A DNA stretch of 64,000 bases from Azolla caroliniana (taxonomy: Eukaryota > Plantae > Polypodiophyta): NCBI GenBank assembly GCA_043228905.1, contig JBHGNT010000012.1, positions 12,028,001 through 12,092,000 on the forward strand, in the 5' to 3' direction. The translations under genes and the position numbers were made by a program. Positions 1-13,206 of the stretch are shown here, in pieces. Numbering within the stretch: the first letter of the stretch is position 1; each line of letters starts with the position of its first letter. Under the pieces are notes generated by a model, which worked only from the letters and a program-made list of their open reading frames with translations, did not search any database and was not told the origin of the DNA.

Positions 1-2400
1 TAGACTTAAGAGTTTTGAGATACCAAATGACATGATCTGGGCCATTTATGCCCTATATGAGCAAGTCTCTAGGTGCATAAGATGCCCAGGTGACCTATCC
101 GATTGTTTCACTAGCATCATTGGTGTAAAACAGGGTTTCCCCCTATCACCGACTCTTTTTGGGATCTACATTGATGAGATCACTGATTTTATTGCCCGTA
201 AAGGAGGCAAGGGAGTAGTTATTGGGGATACGCAAGTTATTCTCTTACTCTTCGTAGACGACATTGTTTTGCTCTCGGAGTCAGAACACGACCTACAAAA
301 GCATCTTAATGCCCTAGATGACTTTTGTACACAACGAGGACTGGTAGTGAATCTAGCAAAAACTAAAGTCTTTATCTTTCATACATCGTCCCGAGTTAGG
401 AGTAAATGTCACCTAATCGCTGGTGAGGAAATTTTTACACTAATTTCCGTTGATTATGCAGGATTTTTAGTGGACATTGACAAGATGCTAATCGCCGAGA
501 TGGCTGATGTGGACTGTATGAAGGATTTTTGTGGACATTGGCAACATGCCAAGATGGTATACAAAGAGTTTGACAAATCATCCCTACATGAACTCACCAA
601 AGAAATTTGAAGAAATGTGTATATTGGGAGAGTAAGCTGATCAAGACGGTCATATTGGTCTACGGGGTTGTTTACCTCTATTTTCTCATGCTGATGAAAA
701 GTATATAGGACTACGGTGGAGGAGATGTATATTCTCGATGGTCGTGGAGATGAAGGAGATGGTAGTTGTTGACATGGGTCCAAGGTGGCCCACTACATTT
801 TTATTCCAACATGGAGAATAGGTTAAAGGAAAGCAAAGCAAAATTGTTTGCATTGGTGAACAGGAGGTCATGGTCATATTTGAATGGAGGACATACTTCT
901 ATGTTCATTACATGTAAAATGTCTCATGGTATTCCTTTTTAGTCTTTCACTTCCCTTAGTTGTGGTTTTCAAAGGTAATCATGGCTACAACCATTGTAAT
1001 ATTTTTAGTCTAGTCATTTCGTCATGTATGCAGAATTCTACTAATGAAGAATATCTTCTTTTGGAATGTCACCTAATCCTCTCTCATAAACTAGTTGAGG
1101 TAGTTAGATCATATGTATACTTGGGAGTCACTTTTAGTGCTCACTTAGGTAAATTCTCGAAGACCCAGGCAACCAAAGATAGGCTAACGAGAGGGTATGC
1201 ATCCCTCTCACTCTTAGAGAGACAATGCCACCAGGCATACTTTCAAGAGCCACGGACTAAGGGATGGCTCTTCGACTCATTAGTGACCCCTTCCCTCATG
1301 TATGCATCAGTAGTATGGGCTCCAGATCTACCATCTTTCATGTGGACGCAATTAGAGACACCTTTGGTGATGATGTTATCATGTCAACTCCGAAGCAAAT
1401 CGATAGTACCACATGACATTATTAGAGCAGAGTTCAGTCTGCCCCCGATGTTAGTAGAAGCACCGTTTCAAGTGGTATTTTTTATTCATCGGATACATAG
1501 CCAACCACAATATAGGATATCCCGTCGAGGCTTTGAGGCATCTCGATCCCTACATGCGTCTGGAGACACTAGCTCTTGGTATAACACTGTGGTGAGTTGG
1601 TTACTTGCAAACGGCATAGACATTAATAACCTACTCCCCCCTTAAGTACAACCATGGGACTGACCAAACTCTAATATCTCATGAAGATTGTAATAAAGTT
1701 ATACGCCAAGAAATATGGCAAATTTACACTCGATATAAATGGATCACCCCACGAGAGGCACTCCCATCTAAAATGTTGTACTATAAGGAACACTTCTTGC
1801 CCTTCTCTCAGTTAGGTTTTATTACACAACCAAGATATCTAGATACATTCTTATCAAATGCACTAAGGGTTGCCATTGGACAACTTAGGATATCATCTCA
1901 CCAACTTGAGATTGAGAATGGTCAGGCTAATAGAGTCCCTAAGGAGGAAAGGCTATATAGGTTGTGCCACATAGAGATAGAGGATGAGTATCACTTCACA
2001 TGCAAGTGCCCAACTTATGCCGAGATATGAGTGGAATACCAAGATATATTAGGACCCTCTCCCACCCTCTCCAAACTATTAGATACCCCGGATGTAAAGA
2101 GACTAGGTAGGTATATCTTAGAGCTAAAACAACATAGGGAAAATGAATTACAAAGTGTTAACCATAACCCTTTTACTATTCATCAACTTGTAACTAGTGT
2201 AATTTTTCAGGAACAAGGGGAGACGATGAATGTGGATACACTTACGTTGCTCGGCCTCTCTCTTGAGGAAGCCGAAACGCAAAGAACAACCAAATGCCCT
2301 TGGATGTTGGGCTTCAAAACAAGTCGACATGGAGTAGAAAGGATTAAGAAGATAAGGGAACGTGAGTTACGTTGACTAGAAGCTATGGTTGGGGTCCCTT
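1..2400 (+). mobile_element. Decayed non-LTR retrotransposon (LINE) ORF2: reverse transcriptase and C-terminal Cys/His region, RTE-X-like
   Basis: RT motifs GVKQGFPLSPTLF, LLFVDDIVLL, NLAKTK, YVYLGV; C-terminal LRISSHQLEIE..ERLYRLCHIEIEDEYHFTCKCPTY. Broken by stops, frameshifts and an insertion at 419-1064. Clade assignment is from motif resemblance. Confidence 0.88.
419..1064. other. 646-bp insertion inside the LINE RT, flanked by a 14-bp direct repeat
   Basis: AATGTCACCTAATC at 405-418 and 1065-1078; removing the insert rejoins ...SKCHLI|LSHKLVEVVRSYVYLGV. Confidence 0.85.
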
Positions 2401-2670
2401 TTAAATTGGGGCCACGGGCTACATCCACATCGAAACCCTTTGACCTCCCGCTTCTCTTCGAGAGACTTGGATGGAAATGAAATTAGGCCTAGTATAACAT
2501 CATTTTCATTGTAGAACATGTTGTTATTTTATTTTACTAGAACTATTTAGCTTAAAACTCTATTTTTATTTTTATTTTGTACTTTTGATCAATGGGTAAA
2601 TATCCCATTTTTTGTTGTAAACCATTTGTCTCATGGGCCAATTTTGGCCTTAGAAGACATTAATATATCT

Positions 2671-2700
2671 TTCTCTTTCTTTCTTTCTCTCTCTCTCTCT
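2671..2700. repeat. CT-rich microsatellite
   Basis: ttctctttctttctttctctctctctctct seen directly. Confidence 0.8.
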
Positions 2701-2929
2701 GCCTTTCTTTCACAATGTGGATTTCTCCTTTTACACATAGATACATACAATACATACATACATATTTTGTTAGGGTAGGCCGACGTGTCTATTAGACACC
2801 AAATCATAAATAGGGTTGGCGAGGGCATCACGACCACGGATGGTGCATGTCACTCAACTAATGGCGCGTGCAATTTGCACCGTCCGATTTGGATAATAGA
2901 AAAAAGTGTGACAAAAAAAGTTGTCAGAG

Positions 2930-3103
2930 GTCGCCCAACCCTGAGTCCTTGGTTGCCCAACCCTATCAGTAATCGCATCGCCCAACTACCTATTGTGGTC
3001 ACCCAACCTACCTAGCGTAAGTGGTCGCCCAACCTACCTAAAGTGATCGCCCAATCTACTAGCCAAGTTTGGTTGCCCAACTGACGAAGCAGGTCACCCA
3101 ACC
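2930..3103 (+). repeat. Cluster of about 8 short direct repeats (G/T)(C/T)GCCCAAC, possibly subterminal repeats of a DNA transposon
   Basis: gtcgcccaacc, ttgcccaacc, tcgcccaact, tcacccaacc and similar, spaced 20-25 bp apart, followed by TATAAAA near 3110. Confidence 0.5.
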
Positions 3104-3980
3104 GAGGTGTATAAAACCTTGAAACCCATCATTTTCTCTCATTTTTTCAAATGAGATTGTTAGGTTTCTTTGTCGAAAAAGTGATTCAGGCGGCTAGTCG
3201 TCGACTACATCCATTTGCCACATCTGCCATAGCCACCCATATATTTCCCAGGTATGTATTTGTGTTAGTTTCTACTTTTTCTGCAATTTTTTTTTGATGT
3301 GCAAGGATTTTTTATGTCGAGGGATTAGGGTTCGGGAAAAGGTTTAGGGTTTTGCTTGATCACTTGATTTTAGAAATTGTTTAGGGTTTGGCTTGATCCA
3401 CGGGTATTGATTATTGATTATGTGGACGGTTTTGGTTGTCTTATGATTAATGTTTTTGGTGTAAATCCTATTATTTAGAAAATGTTTATGTTTTTGCTTG
3501 GTGATTGATGATTGATGATTTTCTATTTATGGTTTAGGGTTTAATGCTCTTGCTCGATTAAAGATAATATTGGGTGTCCTTGAGTATTAAATTCAGATGA
3601 TGTTTGATTTCTTATTTAGTATGATTTTGTGTCATTTCAATATGTTTTCTTTTGCTTGAAATAGGGCTTAGTTTTTTTTGTGTAAATCCTATTTTTCATG
3701 TCAAGGGTTTATTAGGGTTTGGGATTATGTTTAGGGTTTTGCTTATGCTTGATCGTGTAGATGGTTGTCAGGTCCAAGTACAAAGAGTGGTGGGATTCTG
3801 ATAATGATGGCATATATCTAACCGAAGGGAGGGATGTCATGAACAAAATTTGATTGCAAGTGATAATGATGTGTGATACATGTAAGTTGACTGATGATTT
3901 GTTAAAGGGTTTTCCTTAGAAGACATTGGAGAAGTTGTGCAGTCAACATGTCTAAGGCTGGAGAGAGCATGGACCAGGCA

Positions 3981-4456
3981 TGTTAAGAGTCTATTACTAA
4001 TCAATAGGCCAAAATAAACTAAAAAGAAGGAAAATAGATCAGATAGAAGAACTCGTTCCACCCGACCACCCCCGAGCTATGATCTAGACATAGCCAACCT
4101 ACCATTGACGTCCCATACCGCCGGATATTAGGATGACTAATACCTTGGGAGAGATAAACACGATCGTCATGACGAAAGCCTAGCCCGCACCACTAGTGTC
4201 TAAGACAGCAGCCTTCCGACGTAATGTGCTTATGAGGGTAGTTAGGCTTCATATTTATACTTTTTCTTATGCCCCTTGAATAGATGTGCCTTTCTAAAAG
4301 GCCCTCCATTCATTGGTTGTCCAAATCATGATAGTGCATGCACCTATCATTCCTTCTAACCAATCACATTAGTCCCCTTTTTAGTATTAGTGAACATACC
4401 CTTCACTTATGTGAATATTAATGACCTACCCTCACGTACGTTATGTGTACATAACA
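3981..4456 (-). mobile_element. 3' LTR of a minus-strand chromovirus (Ty3/Gypsy) remnant
   Basis: TGTTA...TAACA termini; purine-rich tract GAAGTAGGAGAG on the minus strand at 4459-4470; TATAAATA on the minus strand near 4252-4259; lies just after the chromodomain stop codon. Confidence 0.65.
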
Positions 4457-4553
4457 TACTCTCCTACTTCAAAAGATTGCACTCTTTCAATATAAAGTGA
4501 GGAATTTGTGCCTTAAGAGTAAGCCCGTGTTCCCATGTGGCATCATCAATAGG

Positions 4554-7500
4554 TGTAACGGAATGGGAGGTAAGAGTGATTGCAATGCAGCGGAAGATGA
4601 TTGACAGGGTGTATGTGTGAGGCAACATAGGGAAAGAGAGAGAGAGAGCTCTTAAGGCAGAGATAGAAAAACTGTATGTTAAAAGAAAATACATCAAACA
4701 TAAAACATCCAACAGTAACTAAGTTACAATGTGTTGGTTTATATACCAACTAAGCTAGGGCAAGTGTCCTTTCTACTATTTACAAAACTAGCCCAACATG
4801 TCCATGAGCTAGTGTGAAACCTATATATGGGAAGTTGAGTTCGACTCTCAACATGCCCCTTTGAACACAAATTCTATCTGTCGAGAAGGTTGTTCGGTTC
4901 GTACTTCGACTTGTCTAGTCGGTTGTGTTGCGTACTCGCGTACTCGATCAATTGTGTATGGGTTGCGTATCGTTGCGTATTGCTTCCATGTCGCTTGTAC
5001 CTATACTCCCCCTCAAGTTCGGCAATGTAAATGTTGTGAGACCAAGGTCCGATGCAAATGCCCGAGCTTGTCGACTCCTAAGGCCTTCATAAATATATTA
5101 GCAACTTGGAGGTGTGTACTAGTATGTTGTAGATCGATCTCGCTGGCCTATACGCGCTTGCGGATGAAGTGGTAATGCACTTCGATATGTTTAGTCCGCG
5201 CGTGGAATACGGGGTTCTGCGCCAGGTAGATACTGCTCATGATGTCGCAGTAGAGACGAATTGGATCATTCATGGGAACGCCTAGATCCTTTAGTATGCA
5301 TTTAAACCATACGGCTTCGCATGCGGCGACTGCTGTGCCCCTATATTCGGCTTCTGTGCTCGACAGTGCGACTATCGGTTGTTTCTTGTTGCTCTAAGAG
5401 ATTGCTCCACTACCGAGGGAGAAGACAAATTCGGAGGTGGATCGTCTATCCGCTTTATAGCCTGCCCAATCCGCGTCGGTGTACCCTTCGAGTCAAATAA
5501 TCGTGTTCGACTTATACATGATGTCATAAGCCATTGTTGTACTGACATACCGTAGTATCCTCTTAGCACAATCAAGATGAAGGTTTTGCTGATTCTGCAT
5601 GAATTGGCTAAGTAGGCTGACTGAATAACTGAGGTTGGGTCATGTAATGGTTAGATAGATCAAACTACCGATCAGTTGCCGATATTGAGTTGACTCGCTC
5701 TCAGCGGTTCTGAAATTGGCAACAATCTTTAGGTTACGATCGAGAGGGGTAGACACAGGCTTGCACTCGGTAATTCCGAACTTGTAGAGTAAGTTGAGGA
5801 CGTAGTGCCGTTGTGAGATCATTATCCCGACTGGTGTTCGAATTACTTCAATGCCTAGGAAGTAATGGAGTTCGTGCACGTCTTTCATTTCGAATCTGCC
5901 GGAGAGAAGTGTTTTGACTTTGTTGATCTCAGCGAGATCCTTTCCTCCGATGACCAAGTCATCCACGTATAGGATGACGACGATCAGGCTATCCGATTCA
6001 TTTCGGATGTACAAAGAAGTATCGGATTTTGACATACGAAATCCGACTTGATGAAGATATTGCGTGATCTTCGAATGCCAAGCACGCGGTGCTTGTTTGA
6101 GGCCATAGAGTGGCTTCTTGAGTTGGCCCACGGCGTGCAGATGTTTATGCGATTCGAATCCGGGTGGTTCTATCATGTACACCTCTTCTTCTAACTCTCC
6201 TTGGAGGAAAGCATTTTTCATGTCCATATGGTGGAGGTGCCATCCCTTCACTGCGGCGAGTGCAATTACTGCCCGTATAGTTGTCATCTTTGCCATCGGG
6301 GCAAAGGTTTCTTCATAGTCTATGCCATGAGTTTGCGCGTAGCCTTTCGCAACGAGCTGTGCTTTGAAGCGATTTACGGATCCGTCAGCATTGTATTTTA
6401 TTTTGTATATACATCTGCAGCCAATCGCTTTCTTGTTCGGGGGGAGATGAATGAGATCCCATATCTCATTTTATCATAAAGCTTCCATCTCCTCATTCAT
6501 CCCGTCAACCGATCGCGGATCCTTTGCGGCTTCGGAAAGCGTTTCCGGTTCCCATACTGACGCCACTTTCATCATAAAAGCATAGTGATATGCCATGTAC
6601 TCGTCGTAGCCGTAGCGGTTTACGGGGTTCTTTTCACGTGTGGATCGGCGTAGCTCTCGATCCGTGGGGAGTATGGCTTTCTTCGCTCCATTTATGCTGA
6701 TGTCGAGATCTTCAAATTCACTGTCAAGAGAGTGAAGCATGTCGGTCTCTTCCTGATCTTCATATTCCCGCATTTTCGCCTTCCCTTTGTCCAGCTTCGG
6801 ACTCGGCCGAGATGTGCTTTCATCGCTCGGCAACTCTGATGGCCCACTCAGTCGTGTCGTAATTGGGCTGTCTTCCAACATATGTGCGAGCCAATCCTCA
6901 ACTTCTATTTCTATTTCAGTGTCATCCGCGTCATGCGGGGTTGGAGTCAAAGTATTCTCTGGTGCGTACCAGGATGTGTATTCGTCGAAGACTATGTCTC
7001 GACTTGTTTGAACCTTACGGGTAGATGGGCTTTAGCATTTGTACCCCTTCTGTTCGAGTGAGAACCCTACGAGGGTACATTTCTCCGTCTTTGGGTCAAG
7101 ATTTTGCCGCGTATCGTCGGGAATATATACGTAGGCGATAGAACCGAAAATGCGGACATGTGACAAGTTCGGCTTCTTTCCGAAGAACTCATGCGGAGTT
7201 ATATCGTGTACTCCTGAGGTTGTGCACCTGTTCATGAGATATACGATCGTATTTGTCGCTTCTGCCCAATATGATTTTGGTAGGTTCTTCTCGTTCATCA
7301 TGGCTCATGCGACTTTTACTACACGGTGATTTTTACGCTCTGCTACGCTGTTTTGCTGAGGCATGTGTCGACACGAGAACTCCCATCGGATTCCTTCTTT
7401 TCGGAGATACGCTGTAAATTCATCCGAAAAATATTCTTTGCCTCCATCTGATCGAAGACAGTGTACATGCCGACCCGTAGTTTTTTCGACTTCGGCTTTG

Positions 7501-9388
7501 AATGTCTGGAAGTGCCTGAACACTTCACTCTTCAGCTTCATCGGATAGATCTAGGTGTTCCTGGAGAAGTCATCGATGAACGTGACATAGTATCGACATC
7601 TACCGAATGTTGTTGTCTGGGCTGGTCCCCACACATCTGAATGTTCGACATCTAGGATTCCTTTGCTCACATTCCGCTCTTCAGGGAATGGGTGACGACG
7701 TTGCTTTCCGAATTGACATGCTTCACATACACCTGTAATCTCCTTCGCCATAAAGTTTGGGAGTCCAATTATGACTCCTTTCGATTGCATGTTCTGGAGC
7801 TTTTGGAGATTGATGTGGTCGATTCTCTTGTGCCATAGTTTCAAGTCGGTTTCGACTTTCTAGCCCTTTGCAAACATGGTTGACTTTACCTTGCTCGATT
7901 CAAGGATGAACATACGGCCTTCACGACGGCCGTGAGCTATGACTTGATCGCCTTTTTCGATGAAGCACCCATCATTATTGAGGCGTTCTTGCATTCCTTG
8001 TTCGACAATCTGGCCAACCGAGACCAGGTTTTTCGTAATAGTGGGGACATGCAACACGTTCTTGAGGTAGGTCTGTTTGCTGTCATTTCTGAGTGGGACG
8101 TTCTCCATATGCTATATTGGGTGAGTCCTGTCATCTCCTGTTTTGACATATCCGGGACATTTGGTCTTCCGTAGTTCCCGAAAGCAATTTTCATGGGACA
8201 TCATGTGATTGGATGCTCCCGAATTGACAAACCATACGCTATTCAGAGTGGAAGCGGTAGTTGACGCAAGTGCGATCATTGAGCGCGCTTCGTGCTTCAT
8301 TATGAACATTCCTCCGCGGTCGCCGTAGTCAGAGTTCGTGGCGTAATTTGTTAGTTGTTGGCCTTGCTCACACTTCTTCTTCCGACACTCCTCTTCGTAG
8401 TGGCCAGGTTTTCCGCAGTACCCGCACTCAAATGGGTTCCTACGGTTGCTTGGTCCGGAGTGATGACTCCCCCTTTTGCCGAACTCTCTAGGGCCGTTTC
8501 TGCCCACTTGCCATTGGTGGGAGTTACACTCTTGGTTGTGTTGGCCTTGGCCGAATCGACCTCTCCTTCCGTGGCTTTGTCCTCTTCCTCCATCGAAGTT
8601 TGAATATAGCATTTGTCCGTCATGCGCGTTGTTCCTTTGACGCACGTGATTCTCTTCAACTAGCAACAATGATTGGAGATCAAAAAAGGAGGGAGGATTT
8701 TCTCTCTCAAGAACGACCGACCTTATTGCACCAAATCATGGTGCCAAGCCACTGAGGCATATCTGCACCATTTCTTCCTCGTCAATGCTAACATTGATCG
8801 ATCCAAGGGCATCGCACAACTCCTTGATCTTTAAGGTGTAGTTGCCGATTGACATGTCCCTTTGTTGAAGATTGTTCAGCTCCTGTTGAAGTTGGAGCTT
8901 TTGTGCGGCCATATTGGCTACGAAAATCTTCTTGAGGTTTTCCCACGCCTACTTCAATGTTTTTGCCTCTCGAATGTAGCCAAGCATATGATCATGAACA
9001 CATGATGCACGGCAATACAACACACGTCTTGCAGCCTGCTCCCAAGCGGGATAGTCGGCGTGTGTTGGGTTGGGTTGTGATTCGTGAGCTCCTTCGATGT
9101 AGCTCTAGTAGCCTTGTCCGACAAGGTATTGATGCATCTTGTATTCCCAAGATTCAAAGTTCGTTCTGTCAAGCTTCTCGGTAGGAAGAGCGCTTCCCAT
9201 TGAGTATTCATGGTGATTTCTTCTCTGTTGATGAGCCGGTTCTATTGATCGTCGGCATGTAGCACACCACAGTCAAATAGGCTTAATCAAGCAACCACAC
9301 GCTCTGATACCATGTAACGGAATGGGAGGTAAGAGTGATTGCAATGCAACGGAAGATGATTGAGTGTGTGTGTGTGTGTGAGGCAACA

Positions 9389-9427
<39 letters not shown>

Positions 9428-9630
9428 CTTAAGGCAGAGATAGAAAAACTGTATATTAAAAGAAAATATATCAAGCATAAAACATCCAACAGTAACTAAG
9501 TTACAATGCATTGGTTTATATACCAACTAAGCTAGGGCAAGTGCCCTTTCTACTATTTACAAAACTAGCCCAACATGTCCATGAGCTAGTGTGAAACCTA
9601 TCTTTGGGAAGTTGAGTTCGACTCTCAAGA
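4554..9630 (-). mobile_element. Full-length decayed Ty1/Copia LTR retrotransposon (5.08 kb), TSD ATAGG
   Basis: LTRs 4554-4853 and 9313-9630; TSD at 4549-4553 and 9631-9635; gag with CGYCGKPGHYEEEC, protease WFVNSGASNHM, GAG-pre-integrase, integrase HSDVWGP/LRSDGGKEY, RT LYVDD, RNase H GYTDADWAG; many stops. Confidence 0.95.
9301..9312 (-). promoter_or_regulatory. Primer binding site for initiator tRNA-Met (TGGTATCAGAGC)
   Basis: Reverse complement of gctctgatacca, abutting the 5' LTR at 9313. Confidence 0.93.
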
Positions 9631-9823
9631 ATAGGTTTATCCATCCATTTGATTTTGAATAGCCGAATCTCTTTAGAACATAAATGTTTAGTACGAGAAT
9701 CAAGAATTTGTTTAGGAACATGAGGTTTGTAAGAAAAATCCTCTAATGTTACAAGATCTTGGATTGTGATGGTGTTATCACCAGAGCCTAAAAAGGGTTT
9801 TAAACGACTAACGTGAAAAACAG

Positions 9824-12233
9824 TGTCGTGTGGTTCTTCACATACGATATGAAAAATAGTAAAATAATTATTTAAGATTACCTTAAAATAGTTTGATAGG
9901 GAAAGACAGACGTCTTCAAGAGCTTCCAAATGCATTTTACTACACATGAAACGGATAACTAATAATAAGTAGCCATCAACCGACACTAGTGTCAACTGTC
10001 CAGTCGGTTCGACTAGTCAGCTTGGTCATCGTCCATCCCGACTGTGTCGTGAAGTTTCGCGCACGTGTGTTACTTGGGCGGGACCACGAGGGTCTTGGGC
10101 TAGGGAGTACCCAAGGGATAGAGAAGACCCGAGGTTTGCTTTACGACAATACTACTTCCCGACCCATTCTCGAGCAAGGTCTCATTGCCCTTTGTTTTGT
10201 GAGGCCGGTGGCTCTCGTTGATCACGACTCGTCGACCTGCCGAGATCACCGCACGAGCCAAGTGACCAAACGGGTACAAGCAAGATGAGCACGCAACATG
10301 AATGCACAAGGGGACGATAACACAAACACGAATGTCTGTACGTCTTTATGAGGAGGAGAGGTGCATGGGCAAGCCCGAACGCTCCCTCGTCACGAGACAG
10401 CCGAACATACAAGGAAGACACAAACACACGCACAAAATGCTTGTACGCCTTTATGAGGAGGAGAGGTGCATGGGCAAGCCCGAAACGGTCCCTCGTCACG
10501 AGACGGACGAACGTACAAGGAAGACACAAATACACGCACAAAATGCTCGTACGTCTTTATGAGGAGGAGAGGTGCATGGGCATGCCCGAAACGCTCCCTC
10601 GTTGCAAGACGGCCGAACGTACAAGGAAGACACAAACACACACACAAATGCTCGTACGTCTTTATGAGGAGGAGAGGTGCATGGGCAAGACCGAACGGTC
10701 CCCTCGTCACAAGACGGCCGAACGTACAAGAAAGACACAAACACACACAAAATGCTCGTACGTCTTTATGAGGAGGAGAGGTGCATGGGCAAGACCGAAC
10801 GGTCCCCTCGTCACAAGACGGCCGAACCTACAAGGAAGACACAAACACACACACAAAATGCTCGTAAGCCTTTATGAGGAGGAGAGGTGCATGGGCAAGA
10901 CCGAACGGTCCCCTCGTCACAAGAAGGCTGAACGTACAAGAAAGACACAAACACACGCACAAAATGCTCGTACGCCTTTATGAGGAGGAGAGGTGCATGG
11001 GCACGCCCGAAACGCTCCCTCGTCACAAGACGGCCGAACCTACAAGGAAGACACAAACACACACACAAATGCTCGTACGCCTTTATGAGGAGGAGAGGTG
11101 CATGGGCAAGCCCGAACGGTCCCCTCGTCACAAGACGGCCAAACGTACAAGGAAGACACAAACACACACACAAATGCTCGTACGCCTTTATGAGGAGGAG
11201 AGGTGCATGGGCAAGACCGAACGGTCCCCTCATCACAAGACGACCGAACGTACAAGAAAGACACAAACACACACAAAATGCTAGTACACCTTTATGAGGA
11301 GGAGAGGTGCATGGGCAAGCCCGAATGGTCCCCTTGTCACAAGACGACCAAACGTACAAGGAAAACACGAATAAAGAAAGAATGAGAGAAAGAAACACGA
11401 ATGATATCGACCAAAGAGATAAATACGTGTTCGATTCCAACGCAAGAGGACCCTTTATAAAATAGGGTTTTGTTTACAATGGTAACTTATAGTTAACCAC
11501 AAGCTCAATCAAAACATAAATATTAAATGCCCTTAGAGACAAAAGCAAATCCGAACACGGCAAAGATGAACACACGAGCACCACCAAAATGCCAATCCCA
11601 ACGAACCACGACCACCCGAACGATGAGCACATGGGCTCGCAACGACGAATGGGGCGGAGCAACGTCGAACCAACGAAGCTTGGGCTCACGAGCACTTCGA
11701 GTGCCGACGTGAAGAAGACGAGCACGTGGCGATGGGGGGATGAAGGGGTATGAGATGAAGAGAAGTGGTGAATAAGGAGATGAAGAGCTTCGAAGGAAAA
11801 TTGGCGATAGTCTCCTCCCGAATGAGCCCCCCTTGACCTCCTTTTATAGGAAAAAAAGAAGGGGGGTTCGCCAAATTTGTCTTCAATGAAAAAGGAATAA
11901 AATTCCTTAAATCACGGTGCACTGTAAGTCCAAATTCAAACCATGCACCTCTAGCTAGTAGTCAATGTGACTATCCACTAGCCCACTAACTCTCTCTTAT
12001 ATAATATATAATTCTATCTCTATAAATTCATAGCCTGTCTCCCCTCTACCTTTTATCTCTCCTCTCTCTTACTTTTTGCACGACCTTCTATACCTCCTTT
12101 TCACCCTTTCTTTTCCTTTTTATTTTGCATATGCACAATTAATCGCTTTTGTGTGCACACACATTGCACATGCACATTTTTTACCCCCCCTTTCGCCGAT
12201 TTTTCCCACTCTCGAGCATGCCACATCACGACA
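9824..12233 (-). mobile_element. 2.4-kb LTR-like segment, probably a very long solo or recombinant LTR
   Basis: Starts TGTCGTG and ends CACGACA (7-bp inverted termini) where the flanking coding remnants break off; no convincing coding region; CTATAAAAGG on the minus strand near 11840-11849; no exact TSD. Strand is tentative. Confidence 0.55.
10320..11370. repeat. Tandem array, about 10 copies of a 104-106 bp unit
   Basis: Core TTTATGAGGAGGAGAGGTGCATGGGC recurs near 10345, 10450, 10556, 10661, 10765, 10871, 10977, 11082, 11187 and 11291. Confidence 0.97.
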
Positions 12234-13206
12234 ACGGTCCGACTAGTCGGTCATGTCTTCGACTTGGATCTCCTTCTTGTCGACTAACCCAGTCGATTCA
12301 CACAGTCGACTTTCTCACAGTTGACTCTTCCACCATCGGCACACCATCCGAACAGTTGAATCTTCCTTTTTGTCTGCACTTCTTGGCCCAAATAGTCGCC
12401 TCCTCCCACTAGAGGGAGATACTCCCAACATAGTATTGTGACATACTATTGGATTATTGGGCAGAGCTTTTTACTTTCTTGGAAGGTGTGGAGTGCTTCA
12501 CGTAGGGAAGACCATGTGATCACCCCCCAATCAACGACATGCTCTTTGAAAGTCGAAATGATGATACCGGCCTTTTGCTTCAGCATCCCATACGCATTCG
12601 GGTGGATGCACCCCACCTCTAATCGGAACTTTGCTATTTCTCAAAAGAATGGGTCAGGGGCGTCCTGTATCCTATAAGCTTTGGCTGAGAGGGAATATTT
12701 GCCAAAGTAGCGTTCAAGGACCTCTGAGGGAGGAATCCCGAAGTGCCGTTCTCCTGTTGATGTCAGGCCCAACTTCTTCATGATCGTGGCGTTGGTGATC
12801 GTATCGATGTTGATCTTTTTCACCATGTCGTGGGAGTTAGGATGGGGCGGTGCCTCCACCACTCCGATGTAGCTTGCTAGGCCGTGGTCATGAAGCCACC
12901 GTCAAAGAGCAGGGAAAATGTCGATCGACATGGCGATGTCGGCATTGAGTGGTGTAGAGAGGTTGTTTGTGCACTGGGCAGAGCGAGGGGAGCGAGCTGA
13001 GGAAAGGAGAGCGAGCTGAGGGGATATGGGGGTCTGTGGGAGCCCGGAGAGTGAGGATGGCGAGGGGAGCTGAGGGAGCGAGAAGAGTTTAGAGAGCGAT
13101 GAGATTCTTTGTTATGTGCAGAAAAATGGCTTGAATCCCCTTTTTGTGAGCTTGGGATGTTAGGGTTCAAGATTCATCGAGCCATGGTTGCATGCATGTA
13201 CTTGCT
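12234..13206 (-). pseudogene. Remnant of the extra (env-position) ORF of a non-chromovirus Gypsy element; start codon near 12931
   Basis: VEAPPHPNSHDMVKKINIDTIT...ERYFGKYSLSAKAYR...KAGIIISTF..VDW aligns by eye with the extra ORFs starting at 44561 (+) and 48932 (-). Confidence 0.8.

Larger units (their letters stand above)
4464..9823 (-). pseudogene. Chromovirus integrase C-terminus and chromodomain, split by a Copia insertion (pieces 9631-9823 and 4464-4553)
   Basis: Rejoined translation VFHVSRLKPF...PKQILDSRTKHLCSKEIRLFKIKWMDKPI|DDATWE is a retrotransposon chromodomain. Confidence 0.85.

Noticed and set aside
3320-3745. Interstitial telomere array
   Set aside because: TTAGGGTTT motifs are dispersed singly, not tandem TTTAGGG repeats.
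10320-11370. CRISPR-like array (a conserved ~26-nt core recurring at a fixed period)
   Set aside because: The intervening sequences are near-identical rather than unique spacers, no cas genes are present, and the context is eukaryotic; it is a tandem repeat.
10302-11440. Many overlapping ORFs with repeated peptides (MRRRGAW..., LYEEERCMG...)
   Set aside because: By-products of the tandem array; unit length varies from 104 to 106 bp, so no frame is preserved.
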